A stretch of DNA of 64,000 bases, taken from Clostridiales bacterium (GTDB lineage Bacteria; Bacillota; Clostridia; Oscillospirales; CAG-272). A model generated the notes under the pieces. It saw only the letters and a list, made by a program, of their open reading frames with translations. It was not told the DNA's origin and made no database searches. The position numbers were made by a program, and so were the translations under genes. Of the stretch, positions 1 through 8,480 are shown in pieces (the stretch's first letter is position 1; the number at the start of each line of letters is the position of its first letter). The DNA lies in NCBI GenBank assembly GCA_016281775.1, contig JAEEJH010000140.1:7788-71787 (forward strand). The letters are read 5' to 3'.

Positions 1-783
1 AGTAAGATATGCGCTTGTGATCTGTACCTTAACTCCGCACATATCTTCAGCCGGGAATTCCATATCGAGATAGTACGTTTCACCGGGCTGCAGAAGCGTC
101 TGCACGTGGCCCGTAAGCGTCATCCGGGACATCGAATAATTCGGATCGTTCATCAGCAGAGCCGCGTCAAGGCCGTTTTGATATGTGTGATCAAGAAATC
201 CGAGCATATCAAGCAGATCGTCCAACGGCAAATCGTCGTTTTTAACTACGGAACTCACCGACGCGTCCGTGATCCTGATATCGGTATTGTTGAAGATAAC
301 AAATTGATAATCAAAATTCAACTCAGCCGGATCGGACGAGGTATTCGTAAATTGTATAACGCGGTTCGGCTGTGTGACCTCGATCTCCAGAGACGTGGCG
401 TAACAAACGTTCGCGTCTGTTATGCCGAGATTATTCTCCAAAAGTCTCCTTACCGCGTCGCCCTGACCCATTTGATCAGCCAACGCCAGCATCATTTGAG
501 CGTTCATGTTGATAAACATGCCGCCGACAGCCGCTTTGCCGTCTCCCTGATCCGGGTAGCCTTGAAACTCGTTAAGGCCGGTCCCTGCTCCTACGGACAA
601 TCCGCCGGTGTTGTCTATCGAAGAGATCTCCAATCCGTCATCTCTGTCACTTGCCTCTATGATAGTAGTACTGCCTCCGTATGCCTGTGCCGTTGATATC
701 GCAACGGTCCACAATACGCCTACACATATCACCAACGTAAGTAAGCTGAAAAGCAACTTCTTTTTGTTTTTTAAACGTGACAT
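1..783 (-). CDS. secreted hypothetical protein; C-terminus lies beyond the left window edge
   Basis: The minus-strand frame is open from the ATG at 783 to position 1. It is absent from the ORF track because it has no stop in the window. A GAAAGGGG RBS lies just upstream. The N-terminus MSRLKNKKKLLFSLLTLVICVGVLWTVAISTAQA looks like a Sec signal peptide. The plus-strand ORF 106..696 is its antisense shadow. Confidence 0.6.
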   Translation of the reverse strand, partial: MSRLKNKKKLLFSLLTLVICVGVLWTVAISTAQAYGGSTTIIEASDRDDGLEISSIDNTGGLSVGAGTGLNEFQGYPDQGDGKAAVGGMFINMNAQMMLALADQMGQGDAVRRLLENNLGITDANVCYATSLEIEVTQPNRVIQFTNTSSDPAELNFDYQFVIFNNTDIRITDASVSSVVKNDDLPLDDLLDMLGFLDHTYQNGLDAALLMNDPNYSMSRMTLTGHVQTLLQPGETYYLDMEFPAEDMCGVKVQITSAYLT

Positions 784-797
784 TTAACACGCCCCTT

Positions 798-1511
798 TCA
801 TATTGGTTTCTTATGTGAACGGCCGCTTACCCATCTGTATATCAGGTAAGCGATGCCGATTACAAAGCTTAAAAGTGAATACCAGTTCCCGTTTGAAAAT
901 CCCCATAAGCCTTTCGGCGTATCTCTCATAAATTCGACGATAAACCGAAGGATCCCGTAAAGAACGAGGAAACCGGGATAGAGCTTCCCTTCATGACCGT
1001 CGCGCTTCTCCCAGACGAGAAGCAGAAACAGTATGATGAAATCGCCGATGCTCTCTATCATCTGAGTCGGATAAGTATAACTGCCTGTAACCGTACGGAC
1101 AGTCCGTCCGCCGCAGCAACCGTTGAAGAAACAGCCGACTCTCATAAACCCTATCATTATCGCAACTCCGGGAGCCGCGGCGTCAAGCGATTCGAGCGGG
1201 CGGAGCTTGAGCAGTAAACCCGCCGCCGGCATCAGCAGCATTATGAGCCACACCGAACCGTAGAATGAAAGCCCGCCGATCTTCAGTCCCACGAGTTTCA
1301 CCGTTTCGATATTCTCAAGAACGTAAAGGATCTTTGCGCCGAGCAGTCCGAGGATCGCCATCATAACCGTGAAGATAAGGCACTTCGGCACGCTCAGTCT
1401 GTATCTCTTTCTGCGCACGATCGTCAACACGGCGATACCTATCAAACCGAAAACGAACATCAGCCAGTAGGTCGAAACGGTCAGCCCGAAAAGCTGAAAA
1501 CTTTGTATCAT
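798..1511 (-). CDS. lgt: prolipoprotein diacylglyceryl transferase family protein (Lgt paralog with GCFFNGCCGG variant motif)
   Basis: 237-aa polytopic membrane protein. Blocks GGLSFYGS, RVGCFFNGCCGG, YPTQMIESIGDF and YGILRFIVEFMRD follow the remembered Lgt pattern. The ATG has an AAGGAGA RBS and sits 15 nt after the upstream stop. Confidence 0.75.
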   Translation of the reverse strand: MIQSFQLFGLTVSTYWLMFVFGLIGIAVLTIVRRKRYRLSVPKCLIFTVMMAILGLLGAKILYVLENIETVKLVGLKIGGLSFYGSVWLIMLLMPAAGLLLKLRPLESLDAAAPGVAIMIGFMRVGCFFNGCCGGRTVRTVTGSYTYPTQMIESIGDFIILFLLLVWEKRDGHEGKLYPGFLVLYGILRFIVEFMRDTPKGLWGFSNGNWYSLLSFVIGIAYLIYRWVSGRSHKKPI

Positions 1512-1526
1512 TTATTATTCTCCTTA

Positions 1527-3551
1527 TTACTCTGCAAGGTCATAGTTTGCCGGTTTAAGAGTTTCGCTGTGTGCAAACTGCAGATTGACCGTTCCGCTCA
1601 AAGACATCGCCTGCGTAGCCGAGATAACTCCGCTTGAAGCAGAATCGCCGCTGAGATAGACAATCGCTGTAATATAAAGCGGCGTATTTGCGGTAATATC
1701 GGTGATCGTCTGATCCTGTTCGGATTTTTTGGACGTCGTTCTCAGTATACCGTCGTTTGTATTGTAATTATACAGAACAAGGTCGGCTGTCGCCGTTCTG
1801 TTTTTAACGGTTACCGTACCGGCTGATGCGACGGCGACTATCCTGTTATACTGATTCATAAACACAACATATATGCTCTGCATCAGCGACGTCACCTGCG
1901 TTCTGTTCAGGTCTCCTGCAAACGTGAAGCTCATAAAACTGCCGCCGCCCTGAACACCGCTGCCGGTATCTTCCTCGGTTTCCTCTGCGGTTTCTCCGGA
2001 TATACGGTTCTTCCCTTTTTGCTGAAGGATCAGCGAACCCGGTTCATTGCTGCGGAACGCCATATCAATGCTGTAACCGTATGCGTTAACGGTATCATAT
2101 TCGGTTACAGTCGCATATATTTGTCCATAATCGTCCTCTTCATCGTTGATATAGGTAAGAATATTAGATACAAGCCTATAAATAATACCTTTATTTGCTG
2201 AAGGATCACATTGTCTACCATCAATAGTCTGGACTCTCTCGGCGTTCTTACCGCAAATATGGAGTCCTATATTGAAATCATCTTTAACGAGCCTGACTTC
2301 CAAATCGCCCAAAACACCGGCTAGACGAAACAGTATACCGTTTCCAAGCCAAACGTCTCCGTTTCCATCATTAATCACGTTTCTGAGTGCAAGCGCACGG
2401 TTAACGGTTGTTCCTCCTACCCAGTCACCGTTCTGTTTTTGAATCCAAGTATTTGTATCAACATTAATAATTCCGCTCATAGAATTAGAAACCGATGTGG
2501 GCGTCAGCTGTGTCTTTGCATCGTTTATCTTTCTGTTGATACTATTTAATTGGTTACATGTTGTAACTATATCGGAATACCTATATGATTGAGCGATAGT
2601 TTTAATGCTATCAAGAGTCCATGTGCCGAAATTAGAATACAGTTCCGAGAGCTCCTGCATATCATCATCGTCGTCGGGGTTGAATCTTGCTGTATCCGCG
2701 GCTGCTTTAGCAATTAACGCGTATCGGGTTAAGGCTAACGCCTGCTGATTTATATCAGCTATACCATCGAAAAAACGACATGCCGCATCATATGCTTCCT
2801 GGTCGGAAACCGACGAGTTGTTTTTTGCTATATAGTCTAACAGCATAATCAAGTCGTCTCTTCGTGTTTCTTCCAACAGGGTAGCAAAGTTATTATAGAC
2901 CTGTTGTCTTTCGTTAGCCAGTTGCTCGCTCATCATGACAACAAATCTTTCGCGGTCATAATACTTTCTGACTTGCCTGACCCCGACGTCGCCCATTGAG
3001 TTCGTATCTCCGTGAACGCTGACGCCGAGGTTCATGCCCTGCGTGAAGCTGGAACCGTTGTAGTAGACTCTCTGCGTTTTTTCCATTGAAGCCATACGTC
3101 CGTCGGTACCGTACGTCGGGACGAGCAAGAACGATTCCGAACTGACGGCGTAACTCTCGGTAAGATTCAGGCGGGAGGGGTAAAGCTTGACGAAGTCGAG
3201 TCCGTATGCGGAGTTATCCATTGAAATAATGTTGCCCCACGTACTGTTTGATAACTCAACGGACTGACCGTAATCGACATTTCTGTTATATGAAGGTATA
3301 GTATTTCTTACGTAACCTGTTATGGTGTTCTCGCCGCTCTGCAACGCTATCTCAAGATATCCGTTGCCTGCGACGTTAGCCTTGATCTCACGTACCTCCG
3401 GCGCGGCGGAAATGGAGATCCATGCATATGTAACCGTGCCGAGCATCAACGTACTGACCAGCAGCAAAGCTATGGCAGCCATCATTTTTTTAGCTACTTT
3501 CTGCTGCAGTATCAGCACCTCGCTGATGCGTTTGGATTTATCGGGAGTCAT
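1527..3551 (-). CDS. TasA/camelysin-like secreted protein with SipW-class signal peptide, large paralog (674 aa)
   Basis: The ATG at 3551 follows an AAAGGAGGT RBS; the track start 3599 is an upstream TTG. The N-terminus ...LLLVSTLMLGTVTYAWISISAAPEVREI carries the signal motif. Shared blocks GNGYLEIAL, WGN, YGTDGR, AYGYSIDMAFRSN, AIVYLSGD and GTVNLQFAHS also occur in ORFs 15237..17660 and 17743..19101. Confidence 0.8.
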   Translation of the reverse strand: MTPDKSKRISEVLILQQKVAKKMMAAIALLLVSTLMLGTVTYAWISISAAPEVREIKANVAGNGYLEIALQSGENTITGYVRNTIPSYNRNVDYGQSVELSNSTWGNIISMDNSAYGLDFVKLYPSRLNLTESYAVSSESFLLVPTYGTDGRMASMEKTQRVYYNGSSFTQGMNLGVSVHGDTNSMGDVGVRQVRKYYDRERFVVMMSEQLANERQQVYNNFATLLEETRRDDLIMLLDYIAKNNSSVSDQEAYDAACRFFDGIADINQQALALTRYALIAKAAADTARFNPDDDDDMQELSELYSNFGTWTLDSIKTIAQSYRYSDIVTTCNQLNSINRKINDAKTQLTPTSVSNSMSGIINVDTNTWIQKQNGDWVGGTTVNRALALRNVINDGNGDVWLGNGILFRLAGVLGDLEVRLVKDDFNIGLHICGKNAERVQTIDGRQCDPSANKGIIYRLVSNILTYINDEEDDYGQIYATVTEYDTVNAYGYSIDMAFRSNEPGSLILQQKGKNRISGETAEETEEDTGSGVQGGGSFMSFTFAGDLNRTQVTSLMQSIYVVFMNQYNRIVAVASAGTVTVKNRTATADLVLYNYNTNDGILRTTSKKSEQDQTITDITANTPLYITAIVYLSGDSASSGVISATQAMSLSGTVNLQFAHSETLKPANYDLAE

Positions 3552-3696
3552 CAGTATTTTACCTCCTTTCGAGAGGAATAATGTCTTATTTTTCTTCAAA
3601 AAAGCATAAATCGACCTTATAACCCGCTTTTTGCGGATCTAAGGGCCTTAACATAGAGGAATAATTAAAAAATAATAAAAATAAGCCATTTTTTAT

Positions 3697-3705
3697 ATTA
3701 TATCA
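3697..3705 (-). promoter_or_regulatory. candidate extended -10 (TGaTATAAT) in the AT-rich 246-nt gap upstream of gene 1527..3551
   Basis: The minus strand reads caTGaTATAATat inside the only long AT-rich gap of the locus (3552-3797). The -35 is weak. Confidence 0.35.
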
Positions 3706-3797
3706 TGCTTCTATGTGCTTCGTATCGAATGTTTTTTAATTATTTTGCATATTTTGATGAATTATTTTTTAACGACTTACCTGTATCTGGATATGCT

Positions 3798-5126
3798 CTA
3801 TTCTGCTATGGAGTACCTTACGTAAATTGTGACGTCGCGTTCATAAATTATAACGTCCTCGAACGTCCACGAGACGTTTATGCGGTACGTTCCGGGATCG
3901 GCCCCGTTTCGCCTCAAAACGGCTTCATTTGACCCGTCTGACGCCTTTGTAAGCGCGATATCTTCCGTATTTTGCCAGGTCGGCAAACCGTTTTCATCCT
4001 TTTCAAGACGCTTTATTTCTACGTTAGGAGCGACGCCGTTCATATCAAAATAAGTGAGAAATATCTTGACGTCAGAGTCGAGGATGAACGGTTCATCGCC
4101 GACGATTTCGGGCGGGTTTTCGTAGTTCTGCAGACTTAGAGTAGTGGCATTTCCGGTCAGCACGATCGGCTGGATTATATCCGTCGGATCGACGAGCGAC
4201 AGGTCTATCGCGACCGTTGCGGCAGCTTTAGTCACCGCGTATCCGCCGCCGTAGAGCAGCGTTGTCTCCGTTTCACCGTTGGCGTAGTACGCCGTATATC
4301 TCGTCATTTCAGGGAAAGCCGTACCGTTATACATTACTGCCGCCGTATTGTCAACGGTGAACACGATCGGCACGCTCTGACCGTAATAATCGCTGCATTC
4401 ATCTTCATCTATATTTCCGGCGCGGCTGCCCGACTGATCGCCGACCGTAAACGTCGCCCGAAGATCCGTATCAGCCCCGTCGAAGACGACTGTGAACTTG
4501 AGCTCGTCCGGTTCCGTACCGCTCTCCGGAGTTTTCTTCTTCAGCACGAGCGTAATTGACGAGGCGCCGTTTTCCGTGATTTCGACCGTCTTTTCGTGAA
4601 GCGCAACGTCGCCCGGTTCCTCACCTTCGGTATCATCCGCGGTATCCTCTTCCGTTTCTATATCTGACGTGTCATCATCTTCAGACTCGGAATCTGACGT
4701 GTCATCATCTTCCGATTCCGGATCTGACGTGTCGTCCTCTTCAGATTTGGAATCTGACGTGTCATCCTCTTCCGGTTCCGGATCCGCCGCGGTGTCCTCT
4801 TCCGATTCTGGATCTATTTCGACGTTGAGCCAATCCTCAGATTCTGGATCTACCGTGACGGTAATTTTTCCGCTGTCGGACGCGCCGCCGTATGACTCGA
4901 GACTTAACGTCACGGTTGCCGGCAGCGAGCTTTTGGCGATGAATACGTTTTGCCCGGTTTCGGTCAGAACGTCGCTTTTTATTCCGCTCGGCTCAGGCGC
5001 CGTCAGCACGGTACCCGTCCACGTCGAATTTTTCGGGCGTGAGAGTGAAGGCGCGATCAGCGCGGCAAACGATATGAGCAGTGTCAACACCGCCGCCGTA
5101 AAAGCGGCGGCAATGCGCTTTTTCAC
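3798..5126 (-). CDS. secreted protein with acidic decapeptide repeats
   Basis: A GTG at 5126 lies 8 nt after an AAGGGGGG RBS (a GTG at 5132 is too close to it). The signal peptide is (M)KKRIAAAFTAAVLTLLISFAALIAPSLS. The central run is EEDDTSDSKS / EEDDTSDPES / EDDDTSDSES / EDDDTSDIET. Confidence 0.75.
   Translation of the reverse strand: MKKRIAAAFTAAVLTLLISFAALIAPSLSRPKNSTWTGTVLTAPEPSGIKSDVLTETGQNVFIAKSSLPATVTLSLESYGGASDSGKITVTVDPESEDWLNVEIDPESEEDTAADPEPEEDDTSDSKSEEDDTSDPESEDDDTSDSESEDDDTSDIETEEDTADDTEGEEPGDVALHEKTVEITENGASSITLVLKKKTPESGTEPDELKFTVVFDGADTDLRATFTVGDQSGSRAGNIDEDECSDYYGQSVPIVFTVDNTAAVMYNGTAFPEMTRYTAYYANGETETTLLYGGGYAVTKAAATVAIDLSLVDPTDIIQPIVLTGNATTLSLQNYENPPEIVGDEPFILDSDVKIFLTYFDMNGVAPNVEIKRLEKDENGLPTWQNTEDIALTKASDGSNEAVLRRNGADPGTYRINVSWTFEDVIIYERDVTIYVRYSIAE
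4662..4811. repeat. about 5 tandem copies of a 30-bp unit (atctgacgtgtcatcatcttcNgaNtcgg) encoding the acidic decapeptide
   Basis: Direct reading of 4661-4815: units begin near 4662, 4692, 4722, 4752 and 4782 with a few substitutions each. Confidence 0.8.
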
Positions 5127-5156
5127 CTGCACTTCCCCCCTTGTTGAAATGATCTT

Positions 5157-5747
5157 TTAATCCGGTCTGCAGTTCAGCAGTACCGTGACCGCTGCGGGAT
5201 AACCGTAAGTCCCGCTGACGGTAAGAGTCGCCGGAATGAACGTTTCGACGCCGCCTTCAAAGAATAAGCTGAGCGTTTCCCCGCCGGTTTCAAATCCGTA
5301 TATGCGCCCTTCGCCGTACGTCTGATATATCGCGCTGCCCGGCGCTGCCGACTGCGGTACGCCTTCATACGCGACTCCGTTCACATAGAGCGACACTGAC
5401 GCGTTTTCGGCGAATTCAACGCCTTCGGTGACGAACACCTCGATCGTCGCGTGCTGATCGAAAGCGACCGGCGAATTTGCCGCTCTTTCGTTCGAGAGCA
5501 CGAACGACAGCGTATAGTCGCCGCTGCCGTCAGGCGCGGAGGTCCAGCCCGACGGCTCCGTAAAGCCGTTTGTATCGCTGTACATCCATACGCCCTGCGA
5601 CGCGCTTCTGTAATTCAGACTTACTTTTTTCGAGGCTCTGTATCTTGCGTAAGTAACTCCGGTCGTGACTGCGACCAGAACGGCTGAGATCAGCGCAATG
5701 ATGCACAGAACCGATATTCTACTGTTAACGGAACGGTTCTGCTCCAT
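5157..5747 (-). CDS. small secreted/anchored protein with SipW-class-like N-terminus (196 aa)
   Basis: The ATG at 5747 lies 9 nt after AAGGAG; the track start 5768 is a TTG overlapping the upstream gene. The N-terminus is MEQNRSVNSRISVLCIIALISAVLVAVTTGVTYARYRAS (T-Y-A-x-Y variant of the motif). Confidence 0.7.
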   Translation of the reverse strand: MEQNRSVNSRISVLCIIALISAVLVAVTTGVTYARYRASKKVSLNYRSASQGVWMYSDTNGFTEPSGWTSAPDGSGDYTLSFVLSNERAANSPVAFDQHATIEVFVTEGVEFAENASVSLYVNGVAYEGVPQSAAPGSAIYQTYGEGRIYGFETGGETLSLFFEGGVETFIPATLTVSGTYGYPAAVTVLLNCRPD

Positions 5748-5764
5748 ATTGCCAAACTCCTTTA

Positions 5765-7651
5765 TCAATGTCTGCCGTCGTTTATTGACGGCGATATCGT
5801 GCCGTTGAACGTGCCGCCCGTTATACGGAACGAGCCGATGCCGTTCCAGTATGCGGCTCCGAGGCTCGACGTGAACGTACCGCTTTCAAGAAGTACGCTG
5901 CCAGGCCCTTTACCGTCCGCTCCGAAAAGCTGTACGGCGTACGAGTGATCGCTCGTGACTGTCGACGTACCTTTGACGTGTACCGCGGCGTTCCAGTCAT
6001 ACGACGCTTCAAGATAGATACCGTCGCCCGTGTCGGTCCAGCCATTGTTGTTGACCGCAGCGGCGGTGTACTCGCCCGTACCTTTTACCGTACTGTCCGT
6101 CACGGTGACCGTGCCGCCTTTGACAACGACGCCGGTATAGCCTTCGCAGACAGATCCGTCCTTTATGACCGTAGACGAGTTGCCCTGAGGCTGATAGACC
6201 GCCGCCCACGTACCGGTGATATTACTGTTTGAAATCACCGTCTGAGTATTCCAGCTCGTTGAATTGCCGTTGCCGCAGACGCCTACGTAACCGCTGTTTA
6301 TCGTTGTATCTTTGATCGAGAGCAGCAACGGATCGCCGGAGCCGTTGCCGTATATCATCACGGACGTCTGCGACGTCGTAAAGCTGCAGTTGTTTATGGT
6401 AACGACCGAATCGGCGCCGCTTTGATCCTGCACGTAGACCGCGTAACCGACTCCCGATACGTTTACGCCGTTGAGCGATATATCGGAAGAGGCGCCGTAA
6501 AACGCGGTGGATGAACCGCTTTCGCCGTTGCCCGTTATATTTCCGCCGATGACCGACAGGCTCGTGCCTGCCGGAGCGTTAAACATTCTGTAATTTGTGC
6601 CGGAGCCGGAGAAACTGATCTCATGCCCGTTAAGATCGAGAATAAGATCGCCGGATGCGGCGAGCGTTGAAGCTATGCTTATATCATCGGAAAGCGACAC
6701 GACTCCCGTACCTGCCGCCGCTGCCGCGGTAAGCGAGGCGGCGTCCGAAACTGACTGTACCGTGACCGGTATATTGGATGCCGCGACTGTGATCCTCGCG
6801 CTGAACGTCGGGTTGGTATTTGCAAGACCCGTATCGATCGCTATACCCTCTTCGATCTCCAACCTGTTGCAGAGATAAGCCCAAACGCTCTCGCCGTTTT
6901 CATCGTCTTCGGTGACGCGGTAATAGACTTTAGAATTATAAGTCATACCGCCGTTTGTATTTATCGTACCCTGATAACCGTCGTGTGACGACACGTCGGA
7001 AAGCAGTTCCGCTTTCGTCTTACCGCCGACGGAGACGAGCTCGTTCGACGCATCGTATATAGCTTTATCGTAATCGTATTCTATCGGACGAAGGTATTCC
7101 GTATCCGTAAAACCCGTAAGGCTGCCGTTCGATATCTGAGCCTTGGCGCGGAAATAGTATCCGGTCATATCGTAGACCCATTCCCACCTGATCGGAATAC
7201 CGTTTGAGAAATCTTCTCCGATCTCAAGACTGCGGCCCGGAAGGACCGTATATTCGAAAGAGTCCGAAACGGTCGCGCCTATATACTGCCCGTGTACGGT
7301 CTCACCGTTTTGCACATACTGCCTGTCGGCGTAGAAGAAGATTCTTTTGCGAAGATCTACCGACATGGTCTCGTTTTTCGAGATCAGTACGGTAAGCTTT
7401 ACGCTTTCTATATTGTCGGTATTGTCAACGCTGAACGAAACCGTGCCGCTTCTTCCGGGGGCGGCGTCGGTCACACTGTCGGAAACGGTTATCTTATCCG
7501 CGCTTATACCCCAGATCTCCGTGCGGAAATTGAGGGGGTCGGTCTTGGACACGTTAGTGACCCACGCGCTCGTCATGGCGAACAGTAAGACGATAATAAC
7601 GAGAAGCGTGCCGACGGCGAGCAAAAGCTGCCTTCTCGTCAGCTTTTTCAT
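5765..7651 (-). CDS. TasA-like N-terminal domain fused to a right-handed beta-helix repeat domain (628 aa)
   Basis: The ATG at 7651 gives MKKLTRRQLLLAVGTLLVIIVLLFAMTSAWVTNVS; the track start 7732 is a GTG inside sipW. The C-terminal half is Gly/Asn/Ser/Thr/Val-rich with repeats such as GNITGNGESG, ISLNGVNVSGVGYAVYV, VTINNCSFTT and ISNSNITG, typical of pectate-lyase-like beta-helices. Confidence 0.75.
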   Translation of the reverse strand: MKKLTRRQLLLAVGTLLVIIVLLFAMTSAWVTNVSKTDPLNFRTEIWGISADKITVSDSVTDAAPGRSGTVSFSVDNTDNIESVKLTVLISKNETMSVDLRKRIFFYADRQYVQNGETVHGQYIGATVSDSFEYTVLPGRSLEIGEDFSNGIPIRWEWVYDMTGYYFRAKAQISNGSLTGFTDTEYLRPIEYDYDKAIYDASNELVSVGGKTKAELLSDVSSHDGYQGTINTNGGMTYNSKVYYRVTEDDENGESVWAYLCNRLEIEEGIAIDTGLANTNPTFSARITVAASNIPVTVQSVSDAASLTAAAAAGTGVVSLSDDISIASTLAASGDLILDLNGHEISFSGSGTNYRMFNAPAGTSLSVIGGNITGNGESGSSTAFYGASSDISLNGVNVSGVGYAVYVQDQSGADSVVTINNCSFTTSQTSVMIYGNGSGDPLLLSIKDTTINSGYVGVCGNGNSTSWNTQTVISNSNITGTWAAVYQPQGNSSTVIKDGSVCEGYTGVVVKGGTVTVTDSTVKGTGEYTAAAVNNNGWTDTGDGIYLEASYDWNAAVHVKGTSTVTSDHSYAVQLFGADGKGPGSVLLESGTFTSSLGAAYWNGIGSFRITGGTFNGTISPSINDGRH

Positions 7652-7679
7652 CCGTTCGAGTTCCGCTTCGGTCGAGCGG

Positions 7680-8480
7680 TCAGGCTTGATCTTCGTCGGA
7701 ATATTCAGTTTTTGACTCGGATCCTTCCTCACTTTCGGTCTGCTCCTTCTTTATTTCTTCTTGAAGAGCTCTATAAAGCTCTGCGTAATTCTCTTTTGTG
7801 AGCGTTTTATATCCGGGCAGAATTTCTTCGTCGCCCGGTTTTTCGCTATTCTGTTTTTGTTTGAGTTTTTTGGCGCGTTCCGCTTTTTTGAGCTCTGCGA
7901 GCGCGGAATTCATCTCGTTTCGCATCGATCTGCCGATGCTTTGCAGAACGAGCGCGCCGATGATCAAAAGCGGCAGGACTATCAGAACTATGAAACCGAA
8001 TTGACCGGTCAGAAACTTGATCAACTTTGTTACGGCTCCTTCCCTGCCGGAATACGTGACGACTTTGCCGATGAAATTCTTGGCGGTAACGTAATATGTG
8101 TCCGACGTATAATTGGCGTCGCCTCTGCTCTCGAGCATTACATCGCCGTTTTCATTTTGTTTTATACCTACGACGCGGTGCGTCACGATCGCGCCGTAAT
8201 GGTCGGGTTCTTTTGACTTGAACGATATTATATCGTTTTCGGCTATCGTGTTTATATCGACCTTTTTGCAGATCAGAAGCGAATTGACCGGTATCGTCGG
8301 CTCCATACTCGGCGTGACGACGCGGAAAACGCTGTACCCGAAAATGCTCGTATATCCGACGGCGAGCGTACTTATCGTCACGTAAAGCGCGATCAGTACC
8401 GCGATCCCGAGCAATACGCTTGAGAGCACGTAACCCTTGGCGGCTTTTCTTTTTTTACCGTTAGTATCTGCTGCGTTCAT
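7680..8480 (-). CDS. sipW: signal peptidase I, SipW/ER type, paralog 1, with C-terminal TM helix and long charged tail
   Basis: N-terminal TM, catalytic Ser box VTPSMEPT, His box IVTHRVVG and SRGDANYTSD box match the SipW layout (SGSMEP / THR / GDNN remembered). A second TM (FGFIVLIVLPLLIIGALVL) is followed by an ~85-aa K/E-rich tail. Its ATG overlaps the upstream stop (ATGA). Confidence 0.85.
   Translation of the reverse strand: MNAADTNGKKRKAAKGYVLSSVLLGIAVLIALYVTISTLAVGYTSIFGYSVFRVVTPSMEPTIPVNSLLICKKVDINTIAENDIISFKSKEPDHYGAIVTHRVVGIKQNENGDVMLESRGDANYTSDTYYVTAKNFIGKVVTYSGREGAVTKLIKFLTGQFGFIVLIVLPLLIIGALVLQSIGRSMRNEMNSALAELKKAERAKKLKQKQNSEKPGDEEILPGYKTLTKENYAELYRALQEEIKKEQTESEEGSESKTEYSDEDQA

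Noticed and set aside
106-696. 196-aa plus-strand ORF from the track
   Set aside because: It has no RBS and an odd Arg/His-rich composition. It lies fully antisense to a minus-strand frame that is open to the window edge and has a good RBS and signal peptide.
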